Part shown: piece by piece, positions 53,080 to 64,000 of the stretch
Position numbering within the stretch: the first letter of the stretch is position 1
How the letters are laid out: the number at the start of each line of letters is the position of its first letter
Assembly: GCA_036172245.1 (NCBI GenBank)
Contig: JAYWIR010000017.1
Location: forward strand, 2,790,001-2,854,000
Origin: Raillietiella orientalis
Lineage: Eukaryota
DNA: 64,000 bases
Reading direction: 5' to 3'
Notes under the pieces: model-generated
Told to the model about the DNA's origin: nothing
Seen by the model: only the letters and a program-made list of their open reading frames with translations
The model's database searches: none
Position numbers and translations under genes: made by a program

Positions 53080-54073
53080 TTCGCGATTAGTTTTTGGCCA
53101 AATGGTTACATTTTACATTAGTAAACGACGTGTCACAAAGGCAGACCATGTAACACAGAGGCCAATCGCCTGGCACCTATTTTCCCAAACGTGCACCCAA
53201 CAGATGTAAATTAATCTTCAAAGTTGGCAAATTGTATGTAAACAATTAATCCCATACATTCCCAGTTGGGCATAATTTCGATTGTAGATAAATTGGCAGT
53301 GGCAGTTTTCTGAGAGATTTTCCTTATTTTGATATTCAAGTGGAAGAGCATAGAGTGTCTATGGAGTCCCTCCGTTCACATTTAAATTTTCATGTTATTC
53401 TTGAAAATCAGAAGAACCGCATACAATTCTTGATGTAACATAGATGTTTACGTTTCTCCTTGGTGTTTTCGGTGATAAAGCCAGCAAAATCTTCAGTTTC
53501 CTTCAGTTTCTACAATTATTATAATTGCCAGAAAAGACTATGATGCAAAATCTTCCAGTCCTGAAAGAATCTCCACACCTTAAAGGAACTGTGAACGAGT
53601 CGTGAGAGAATCGTGATGTATGATTTAGCCTGATTGTTTTATTTTTCTTATTTAGTGGCATGACTACTAAATCATGGACCAGAATCATAAGCCAACTTAT
53701 GCTAAGTGTTAATTCCCATGAGACATGTGATCGACGGCTGCTTGAAAAATGCAGAATTGGATTCAAGGAACACACGAAAAGTCAGCAAAAAGCAATATCA
53801 AATAGAAATTTTGTGCACACAAAGTTCATTCTCAGAAAAGTATATTGGGTGTATTATATTGATTTCATTTCAAACCTCAAGCTTGAGGAATTTCATTCTT
53901 TTGTTACTTATTTAAACTTTAGAAATAGGGGCTACACGATTAGTTTTAGTCGATTTTAGTAACTTTATTTAACTCTTTCTCAACATATTACTTCAGTTGA
54001 TGTGACTTTATCTAAAAAACGTCGTGCTTATTGAGTAGTAAAAGAGCAAATGCGAATGTTAATAAGGAATGGT

Positions 54074-54694
54074 ATCTTGTTTATTGCTACCCCCGTCCAC
54101 AGTCAGCGACACGAGCTTCCTAGAAAAGCAGCAGTAGAAGAAAGAAGCCTCCAAAGGGAAGGAAGCTGGTGGCCGTGGAAGAACTTTCCCCTCCTCCGGT
54201 AGCGGTGGTGGAAAGTTGCGAGGACGAGCAGTGGAAGCAAAAGATCGCGAAGTTTAAGCGTGGAGAATACCAGCCGACCGAGGGAGGCAAGCAAAGTCTA
54301 AACGCTGAATATTAGGAAGTGGTTAGTCCGTACTTCACCAAGGAACAGGATAAGCAAATCCTCAGCGAGGTGCAAACAAATCCGCCTATGGTGAGGAAAC
54401 CAACAAAGGCAGAATGTCTGACAAAGCAGGAAAAAGAAGAGCCAACAGACTACCGAATCAGAAAGTGACACAAGTGATGAAAAATCTGCTAGGAACAGAC
54501 GGTGGACTTCCTCCAGGCAGAAAAAGAACAAAAAGCTCTGCGATCCTCGCTGGCCTCCTTCTTGTCGACCACACCAGAAACTAGGAACTTGAGAAGCATC
54601 CCATCTCAGACGTACAACAGCGAATGTAAAATTTTGGCTCGTCAATAAATTTACCCCTCCGCTTGTTGGACCTGGGGAAAATCTTGTTTATTGC
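54074..54694 (+). mobile_element. 593-bp insertion (54088..54680) flanked by a 14-bp target-site duplication
   Basis: ATCTTGTTTATTGC at 54074..54087 and 54681..54694; purine-rich, GC-richer interior in AT-rich surroundings; AATAAA at 54644. Confidence 0.8.
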
Positions 54695-55734
54695 AGAGTT
54701 GAAAACGAAAACTTGGGCACGATATTCAATGTAATTTAAATCTTTGTTGTGATAACCCAATCACTTAGGAGAATTTATTGTATCATTTTATTTATATTTA
54801 AGGAATTATAACAGTGAAAGCAGGATTAATGTGAATATGCAGCAGGAATTTGGATCAGCCAAAAGTTTGCTCTATTACAGTGAGAGAGCTGGTAGGCAAC
54901 GGACGGTTTGTACACAGGATAATCTAATCTTCAAACCTTGTTTATTCACTTGACATACCGTCAGAATGTTCTAAACAGGAAAAATAGAGACTTCAAGAAC
55001 ATGATGCCATGGACAAAGGAAAGGATTACTAGGTAGGTAAACTCCGAGAAAATGAAATATGACGAAGACAATTCTTGTTTCTTAAAATGAGGATTGATCT
55101 CCGTTTCCTAATGTTAGACTGTGGAAGCCTACGTATATGCACATCAGGATGGAATTAATAATAATAAGAACTGATGTTTTTTTCGCAAACAAAAGGAAAA
55201 TTCTCCATGAAAGATGACTATATAAAAAGGTGATGAATAAATTAAGAAAGTTCATATTTTCACTGATGTTATGGAAATCAATGATTGTTTTTTTTAGGCA
55301 TGACTTTAAATTGTGGAATCATGTAGCTATGCCAATGAAGCAACTACAGTAAAGTTATTGTATTTTTATTTGTCAATTCCACAGTTTTAGATGGTTTCAT
55401 TGGTTTCTCAGCTTCATCTGTAAAATGGTGAACTCTTTTTTCTAGAGAATGGGGATAGTTTATGTTTTGAAATTTTCTTGCGAGCAATAATAACGTATGA
55501 TTCAGATATTTTCATGTTAAAAATGGATGAAATTTGTTTTATATCCGTTTCAAAGCCCTATCCACTTGACTCTGATACCTATAGATAACTCTCATAAATA
55601 TCAATGTGGTCCTCATTTTTATCTGTATGCTTATAAAGACAATACAAGTGTGAATGTAATATATGTAAGTTTATATTTCCATTGCGAATACTTCATAGAA
55701 GTGCACGATTGCGCGTAATTGTGTCCGTAGCTGA

Positions 55735-55765
55735 GTGTCGGTTTCCGTTTCCCATCTGCGGTTTG
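55735..55765 (+). promoter_or_regulatory. Putative RPSA TCT/TOP-like start and short non-coding first exon
   Basis: Pyrimidine tract tttccgtttcccatct in a CpG-containing patch, followed by a possible GT donor at 55761, with an acceptor (tgtag) just upstream of the ATG; typical ribosomal-protein gene layout. Confidence 0.35.
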
Positions 55766-56040
55766 TCATATGTTGTGTGAATCGGGTGATTGTACCTCAA
55801 GTTATTGTTTCCATTACTAATATTAAAGTGTGCTCTTACTAATGTTATTCAGTGGCGATCATTTTGATGGTCAGCTTAATGTAACTGGTTGGTATTGAGG
55901 GGTAATTTCTGCTTTGCTTGTGAAGTGTTTTTCAAGTAGTATCACTATGTTTAATGATTCCATTTCAAAAGGAAAAAAAAGCTTAACCCTTGCTCACCGT
56001 ACTCGTTAATGTAGAGTTCGTTCGTTGTTTTACTGGAGAT

Positions 56041-57511
56041 ATGTCCGGAAATAATAAAGCTTTGGAGCTAAAAGAGGAAGATGTAGCAAAGTTTTTGTGC
56101 TGTACGACTCAGTTGGGGTCTCAGAATCTCGACTTTCAGATGCAACAGTATGCCTACAAAAGATCACAATCTGGTATGTATTCTGGCATTGCCAAAAACA
56201 GTTTTGAAAAGTGTCGGCCCTACTGTTATATGATAGTGGAATTAATCAGAAAAAAATACTCTTGTTTGTGTTACGATTATGTTTGCATCTGCTGTGTACC
56301 GTTTCATGTATTCTGCAAACAGTTCTTTTATCGATGTTCGTTATTGTTGCATGCATGATTTAGAACATCTTCCAGTTTTATGTTTGGGCATAACGCATTT
56401 TTTGAAAGCTGAAATATAGTTCAAGGCATGTGGTGGCGTTTTGTTTCAGTCGATAAAGTAATTTTCGTTTTACTATTTCATTTTAAATGATTTCAAGTAT
56501 TGATAAGTCAGGTCACCTGTGTAAAACTTTCTGTTTCTTTTGGAGAAGTGCTTCAAATCGATTATTGTTGATTGCTAGTGATTGCATACAAATAGAAAGT
56601 AAATCTCAAGTATTGAAATTTGCCTGAAAAATAGCCTAAAGAACTAGAACCTTGGAAGATTAACATCGATATTTCAGGGAATTATATTATTAATATAAGA
56701 AGAATTTGGGAGAAACTCTTGTTGGCAGCTCGTGCCATTGCAGCAATTGAAACTCCAGGAGATGTTTGTGTTATATCGGGTAGACCATTTGGCCAGAGAG
56801 CTGTTTTAAAGTTTGCATCCTACACTGGAGCAACACCAATTGCTGGTCGATTTACTCCTGGAGCATTTACAAATCAAAATCAGGTGATTAATAGAATTGA
56901 AATTCGTAAGATAAAATTTGCCATAGCCAGCTTTCCGAGAGCCTCGTCTTCTTGTAGTAGCAGATCCTCGTGTGGATCACCAGCCAATTACAGAAGCATC
57001 TTATGTGAATATTCCAGTAATTGCCTTTTGCAATACTGATTCTCCTTTGCGTTTTGTTGATATTGCAATACCATGCAATAATAAATCAGTTAACAGTATT
57101 GGCTTGATGTGGTGGATGCTTGCAAGAGAAGTCTTACGCTTACGTGGAACAATTTCACGTGACACTAAGTGGGATGTGATGGTTGACTTATTTTTTTATA
57201 GAGATCCTGAGGAGGTGAATTCGTAATAAGCAAAATGTCTGAAATTAAAGCTTGTCTTTTGCTGTTAGGCAGAGAAAGAAGAGCAAACTAGAGAACAGTT
57301 TGCCAAAGATCATGACTTCCAAGCTCCTCCTGCTGAAGTTCCTACTACATGGACATCTGAACCTGTTGCAGTGCAACCTGCAGATTGGGTTGAGGATACT
57401 ACTTTCCCTGTGGAAACCCCAAATTTTGCCACTACTGACACTTGGAGTGCACCCACTGAACCTCCACCTATAACAACTAATTGGGGTGATACTGTCGATA
57501 CATGGCAATAA
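56041..57511 (+). CDS. RPSA: 40S ribosomal protein SA (uS2), 289 aa; join(56041..56173,56678..56883,56927..57214,57269..57511)
   Basis: [80 protein letters not shown] and a W-rich acidic tail. Exons sum to 870 nt. Confidence 0.98.
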
Positions 57512-57863
57512 TGTGGTAAATTCAAATAAATCAAATGTTTAAGATGCCAGGAGTTCATTTTGAATCATTTTTGTGTGCAAGCTGAGTCCTATTTTAAAAA
57601 AATCATTAGGTTTAAGGTTCTTTTATTTTGGAAAGATTCTGAAATTACAATTGTGGTGATTAAAACATTTCTTAATTTCATCAAATTGAGATTTTTTAAA
57701 ATGTTGCCAGTCAGTTTCACTTGGTTATGATTTGCCAAAGTTTTGTTTATGTAGAAGCAGTTGCAGAAATTGTTCATATGATCTAAACTGTTTCTAATTT
57801 TTATTTTTTTTTTTTATTTCACGATAAACGAAGCTTTCAATGCACATCATCATGGCATTGCAT

Positions 57864-59374
57864 TCAGAGCTGATTAGGGAATGGGTGAGCAAGAACAGGA
57901 CATTGCTTCTCTTGACTTGAGGTGTATTTGATAGCATGGCCCTTCATTAGAATGCTTTTGAGTTGATTATATATATCACAGCTTTCTTGCAGAGGATTAT
58001 ATATCTGTTTCTGTCGCAAACTATTCAAAGCCTCTTGTGTTTTTTCTATTACATCTTTGGATGCAGGAGGTCCATAGACACATAAAGGAGGAGGAGGAAG
58101 AAGAAGAGGTTCAGGAATTAAAGTCTGAAGAAGGAGACCATTTCTTGGGCCTGGAAACACTGCATACAAAAACCCTGACAAATCTTCTGCACACTTCAAT
58201 AAAAGTATTGAGTTTCTGTTTGTTAGCTGCTCACTCAGACACTCAAAATACTGTAATACATGTGAACAAAAAACCAGACAAAAGAAAGAGGTGTGAATAC
58301 CTGCCGGTTTATATTGAGGTCATCCCAGTCTAATTTCCAGCAACAAGTGGGGCGCAAATACAAAGCATGTCCAAGTAACATGCTCTGACACAGTCCTTTT
58401 ACAGTCACTGTGCTAACTGCAGTCAACTTGTATATTGGCAGTGTTGCAGACATTTTTTTTTCTATATTTGAAGCAGGTCTTTGCTTAGAAAGTATTGTGA
58501 TTGCAGAATTACAAGGAACTATCAAATTGGCAAGCACATCAGGAAACATCATGGGATTAAGAGATACTTCAAATAGATCACAGCGAACAATATGTGTTGC
58601 TAAATCGAGAATAACATGTTCAGTTTCCAAGGAGCAGTCATGTAGCCATCCCTAATTACTATAATAAACACAAGATATTAAGGAGCAACATATTACTTTA
58701 AAAAGTGATAAGAGTTGATGAGTGTCACAATGCATGTTATGTATTTTTATCATCAATGTACAATCATCCTCGAGAAGTGGAGGCTTCACATGCAGCAGAT
58801 GAAAGGGGTCAAACAAAACAACTACAATTTTGACCAAGGATGAATTCACGAATCGATTTTTTAGTTGTTTTTGAAAAAAAGAAATATGCGCAAAGGTGAT
58901 TGCAGTCACTTGCAATCTTTTTTTCTCCTGCAAATTATGAATTGGCCAACTAAGTGCTCTTTCTGGCTCACCTGTTGCCAGCATAAATTATGGAAACTAT
59001 CAAGAGCGCAACGTATGGCACTTTCTATTCCAAAATCTCCATCCATATGTCCCTGATGCACGAGTTCAGGCACTTTCCAAATAGCTGAACGAAGTGTGTT
59101 AAAACATCCATGGATGGGTTGCAGAGGAAAAATGATCTGAGGAGGCTGACAAGCTGCTATCACACCCAAATTAGCAATCCTGGTTTGATTTGGGAGGCTG
59201 CAAGCTAATATGGCTAATTTTTCCAAACACTTGGCATGTTTCATTGGAATATCTGGATTTTCCCCGATTACTAACCTGGCAAACTTTCTCTGCAAGAACA
59301 GAATTTCTACACTGCCCAATCACTACATAGTGATAGGGCTGATCAGTGAACAAAGTTCTGATAGTCCCAAACAT
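57864..59374 (-). CDS. M1AP: Meiosis 1 arrest protein homologue, ~441 aa; complement(join(57864..58250,58301..58651,58697..58927,58972..59229,59276..59374))
   Basis: Colinear matches to recalled human M1AP blocks: LACSL..R, FKGWLH (FKAWLH), RCDLFE (KCDLQE), GLCQSMLLG..LRPTCCWKLDWDDLNINRQ (GLCESLTYG..LRPTSCWQLDWDELETNQQ), YNPL...IYNQLKSI. Four phase-0 introns of 44-50 nt. Confidence 0.85.
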
Positions 59375-59639
59375 TTTCCAATCACTCTTCACCTGTGATG
59401 AATAAAAATTTATTTCAACTCGGCACTTTAATATTTCAGCACACCCTCTCCCTCACAATGCTCCCACAGAATAGCTGCATAGCAGCATGGCGGTTCATAA
59501 TCTATGGGAAAAATGTGGAAACCCTGAGGGACACAATATTGTGAGCAGCTCAGCTATCACAAGAAAAAATGTGTGGCAAAGGCAACATGAGATGCTAATG
59601 ATTAACTTGCTACCCTGCTATCACAAGAATATTATCCTA

Positions 59640-61303
59640 TCACATTTCCTGAAACGGAACCTTCTTTCGTTGAGAAGTACTATTTCGAGATGTTTCTGAA
59701 GGCATAAAGGCGGTGGCTGGTGCCAATTGACTAAACAGACGGGATGTTATTTAAACCGATAAACTTCCTATCAATAATACCTTGACTTCCGAGATAGTTC
59801 CATTGCCTTTCTATAATATGAAGGAAACTCACGGCGGTGATTCGTACAGTCAGACTGCTGTGTCCGTCGAGTAGCTCGTCGTTCGCTGACATCAGCATCT
59901 ACATGACGACTCTTGGATACCCCTGGAAATAGGCAACGACAAAATCACATAAACAAATTCTACACTGTTTTTCTAATGCCACAACAGCAAATGCGCTCAG
60001 TGAGACTGCATTCAAATGAAAACGAAAAGGGAATTAAATACACAAAAAACTTTTAAAGCAAATTTTAACAAGGCTTTTCTGGAGGAGAACGGAAATATGA
60101 AGATGGCAGATTGTAGATAAGAAATCGTTCCGACTTTAAATTTATCGACGATTACCTGAATTAGAAATGACAGCAGGAATGCTGGGACTACGACTATGAC
60201 TTGCTGCTGTTGCTGCAACCGGCTTGGTTGAGCCAGCACTCTGCTGTTTCGTGCGATGTTTCTCTGCCTCGGTTTCATATCTTTTGTGAGCTCCCTGTGC
60301 ACAAATCACAAAAACTTTATATAAAATATGTTACATGATAAACCTCGGTTGGCTTACAAATTTCAAGGTATTCCAATCAAACACCAGGTCGTTCACCAGA
60401 TGTTCCCGATGAAACAGATTGCGGAAAATGCTGCGCAAGTAATTGTAATCTGGATTCTCATCAAATTTCAAGTTACGGCAGTATTTCAAGTAAATGGCGA
60501 ATTCGGTGGGGAAACCCTTGCACAGGTCATCAATCTGCGTGCACATTTTTTTCTCGGAAATACGCTCATATTTCTGACGTTTTGTGTCTGCTTTCAAACC
60601 TTGCCAAGGAAGGGAACCACGATTGAAGTACATCAATACGTATCCCAAAGATTCCAAATCATCTCGCCGGCTTTGCTCTGCAAATCTCATCATTCCTGCA
60701 ATCCTGCATCCATGCTAATTACCAACTCCCATGTGTGTATTAATGCTCGCATAACGTGCTGTTCCAGTTAAATTCTTATTTTCTCGATATGCAATGTGCA
60801 TGAGCGTTCGTGAGTCTTTGTACCGTTTGGCTAATCCAAAGTCGATAATATACACTAGGTTTCCTTTACGTCCCAAACCCATTAAAAAATTATCAGGCTT
60901 GATATCTCGATGAATGAAATGCTTGCTATGGATATACTCAATTCGACTGATCTTCAAAAATCAACACTGTTAAAGTAACGAATAATTACATACATACATA
61001 CCATTTGGTGAGCTAACAACAAAACGGTCTTCAGGCTGAACTTTCGACTACAAAAAATGAACAAATCCTCTAGACTTGGTCCCAAAAGTTCCATTATCAT
61101 TATATTGTAATCTCCTTCCGATCCACACCATTTAATTGCCGGGATTCCCACTAATAAAAAATGACACACTCACACAATAAATTGCAGCTCACCTCCCCCT
61201 TGTAACATTTTATAAAATTTTGCTTCAATGTTCAGCTGTGGATGCTTGGCGTCAGTGCTCTCCAATTTTATGGCTACTTCTTCTCGTGTTGATATGTTGA
61301 TTC
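59640..61303 (-). CDS. CSNK1D/E: Casein kinase 1 delta/epsilon (doubletime-like), 5'-partial; exons 61193..61303, 61002..61150, 60723..60951, 60358..60677, 60156..60294, 59781..59922, 59640..59730
   Basis: [84 protein letters not shown] and a delta/epsilon-type tail. The Gly-loop exon was not found in the window; tail exons are less certain. Confidence 0.95.
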
Positions 61304-64000
61304 CTAAAGACAAAACAACCAACTGACCAAACGGATAACTTGGGCATATTACTTTGACAAAACAAACTTATTATAGCCCTCATGCAAATCATTTACGTGG
61401 TAGTCATATATTAATGCGAGCAAGTTCGTATGTATAAAAACACATCAACAGTTGTGCAAACGCAATCGAATTATAATTAACATTCTGAAAAACACAGAAT
61501 TGTTCGACTCTTTGTGTAATTTGTAATAGTCTCTAATCACGGATTACTCCTGAAAGGTGTTGAGAGTGGAAAAAATCCCATAAGAATCTTCTTGACAAAC
61601 TGCCAACCATTACTGATCAACAGCTTTTTAAACCAAGAGTACCAGCTAGTAGCATCTACAACTTGAGTTTAAACTCTAAATTCAGAAATAATTCACCATT
61701 ATTACGCATTTTTGCTATTTCCATTGAATTTTCCTCCCTACACATTCACTAAAAAAAAACTGCATTCTCACTCACCAAAAGTGTCAGTTTTTATACAAAA
61801 CTGTTTCCCCCAAAATGAAACTTTATAAAAATCGCTACCATTAGTACCTATTGCATAAACAGACTGTCAAAAGGCAATGTTTGGATTTTGTATTTTCAAT
61901 TAAAATACATACCCCCAAAAAATTCAAAGTGTAACTCAGGAATATGTATAATAAGCAACGCTCTAAAATAAAACCCACAAGATAAGTTACATTGCCTAAG
62001 TATTTGAATACAATGATGTAATCTTTGCAAAACAAACTTGAATCTTTTGTTGCAAAATAGATTTTAGCAGATGCATATTTTAAATAATTTGGAAGAGGTA
62101 GAATTCCTTTCGTCTCTTAGGGTTCTTGTGATACTGTCAAAAATTTGTTAGCACATTCCCCAAGAAAAATCTTCCAACTTAGGTACAAATCAGAAATCTG
62201 AAGTTCTTGAATGTCTAATGATACACGAAATTTCCCAAATCAATTTTTTTAAACATTTTTCTTCAACATACGATTTTGGAAATATATGCTGCTAAAGCAC
62301 TTACTTTTCTCATAATCTTACCATAATGAAAAATAAATTACATACTTAAATAAGCAATATTATTATCCATTTCACACTTGTGACCCTCGAAATTTTTCTG
62401 CACTGTTTGAATGCCATGTGGCAATCTACTTTTTCACATGCTATGCTCTTTTCAAATTCTAGTTTTTAATTTGTTCAAGAACATTGAAACAGCTTGGATT
62501 GAGGCAACTTGGATTATTACTAATACTAGGCATGCAAATACTATGAATCAAAACCAGCTTATCAAACATATTCATGAACTACAAACTTATTCAAAAATGA
62601 TTTCGATTTTCAAAAAATTCTTATAGTGGTGTTATCTTAAAATTTAACCAAGCATACCAAATCTGCATACTTGAAACATACTATGACATATGGTGGCATG
62701 ACTTTAAGATGATGCAATCAGTCATTAGCAGGTGAGCTGACTGTGTTCAACACCGTTACTAACAACAATCAATGAATATACATTAGAAGAATACAAACTA
62801 TGCCGATGAATGCACTACACAGAGACTTGAAACCAAAGTAATTTACATTTACCCAAACGCTATTAATAGGAAACTGCAAAACAGACCATGAATGCACAAA
62901 TTGCTGTAGCAAGCAATGCATTCATTTTGCCAGTTCTTCATCTTTCTGGACAACATAATTATGAAAGTCAATTTACTATAATTTATAAAAATCGAATTAT
63001 TAAAGTCTAAATAAATGCATATTTATGAATCACAAAGCATACAATTTAAAAGCAAACCCAAACATGATTTCCATTCTACGTCCATGAATTTCATTGTTAT
63101 GAAATAATAGAAATGATGGGACTTCTCCCATACAGTTTCACGGCAATTACAAATCAGCGTAATGTAATATCAATTTAACTATAAGATAAACTGAAAAAGA
63201 AACTGGACATTCAAAAGTCTCTTGGGGATTAAAATGGAAATACGTTTGGAAATTTCCAACATCCTATATTGAGCGACTATGCAATGCTTAACGAAAATTA
63301 ACGAAACATTTTATCGACACACTAGTATTCTTCTCATTTTATTGAATATTAGTGTAATTTCTCCAAACATATGCAAAATTTTACTTTTAAAACCAAATCA
63401 TCCTATTATAATGGATAAATTTGTTCAAGGGAAGTTCTGAGGAAAGGGAAGTTAAAGATATGGGAAGTTATGGATTAACATGCAAGTAAGGTGGAATATG
63501 CAAAGCTTTAACAAGCAAAATAAAATAAATACATGCTAATCAACAGGTAAAAATACATTTTTGAAGAAACATATTGATTTAATAAGAATTTCTTGACAAT
63601 ATAAATGCATGTGGACACTTAATTTTGGAGCAGTCTATGTTGAGAGGGTAGTCTCAAGATCACACAACAGCACCTAAGAAATTCACATACACTTATATTG
63701 ATATTGTGAATAATGATTTATATAATATGATAGAATACAGAAACATTGAGACCTGTTTTCAATTGCAATGCTGAAGGAAGTTTGCTTTGGACACTCCACA
63801 TCTAGAATGACAGTCCTACTACTGTGAAACTGGTTACAGAAAGCCTTTGAATTTTTCTTTGCAAGCTCTAGGATGCATACAATCGAACGATGTAGAAATG
63901 ATGATTTGTATTTTTGAGAAAAAAAGGCATAGCCTACTGGATTCTGTGGAACTGTTTCAGAGGGAAAGTTAGAACTTATTCAAGGGATTTTGAAATCGAC

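Noticed and set aside
1..64000. Prokaryotic systems (CRISPR arrays, operons with RBS, rRNA/tRNA genes)
   Set aside because: No regularly spaced repeats, tRNA cloverleaves or rRNA motifs seen; the genes are spliceosomal-intron-containing animal genes.

Overview
Eukaryotic (animal, most likely arthropod) genomic DNA with a compact gene structure in which most introns are only 38-59 nt. I assembled nine spliced protein-coding genes by hand: calmodulin (+), LIPT2 (-), RPL24 (-), a ZDHHC9/14/18-type palmitoyltransferase (-), a large GC-rich secreted-type multi-Kunitz/VWC protein (-), an SLC17/sialin-like transporter (-), RPSA (+), an M1AP (meiosis 1 arrest protein) homologue (-) and casein kinase 1 delta/epsilon (-; first coding exon not found in the window). 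AT-rich, CpG-poor housekeeping blocks alternate with GC/CpG-richer blocks (about 1-1300, 9.1-14.5 kb, 25.9-46 kb) containing decayed non-LTR retrotransposon fragments. The most notable observations are an 11-Kunitz + 3-VWC modular protein with all-phase-1 introns; a ~365-bp inverted duplication whose arms each carry a pre-miRNA-like hairpin; and an operon-like CK1-to-M1AP junction where a poly(A) signal sits on a splice acceptor. Also noted: stop-free 3n introns (one GC-AG), a 593-bp insertion with a 14-bp target-site duplication, and an intronic NeSL/Utopia-type RLE fragment. All calls come from reading the sequence and recalling protein families; no searches were run.
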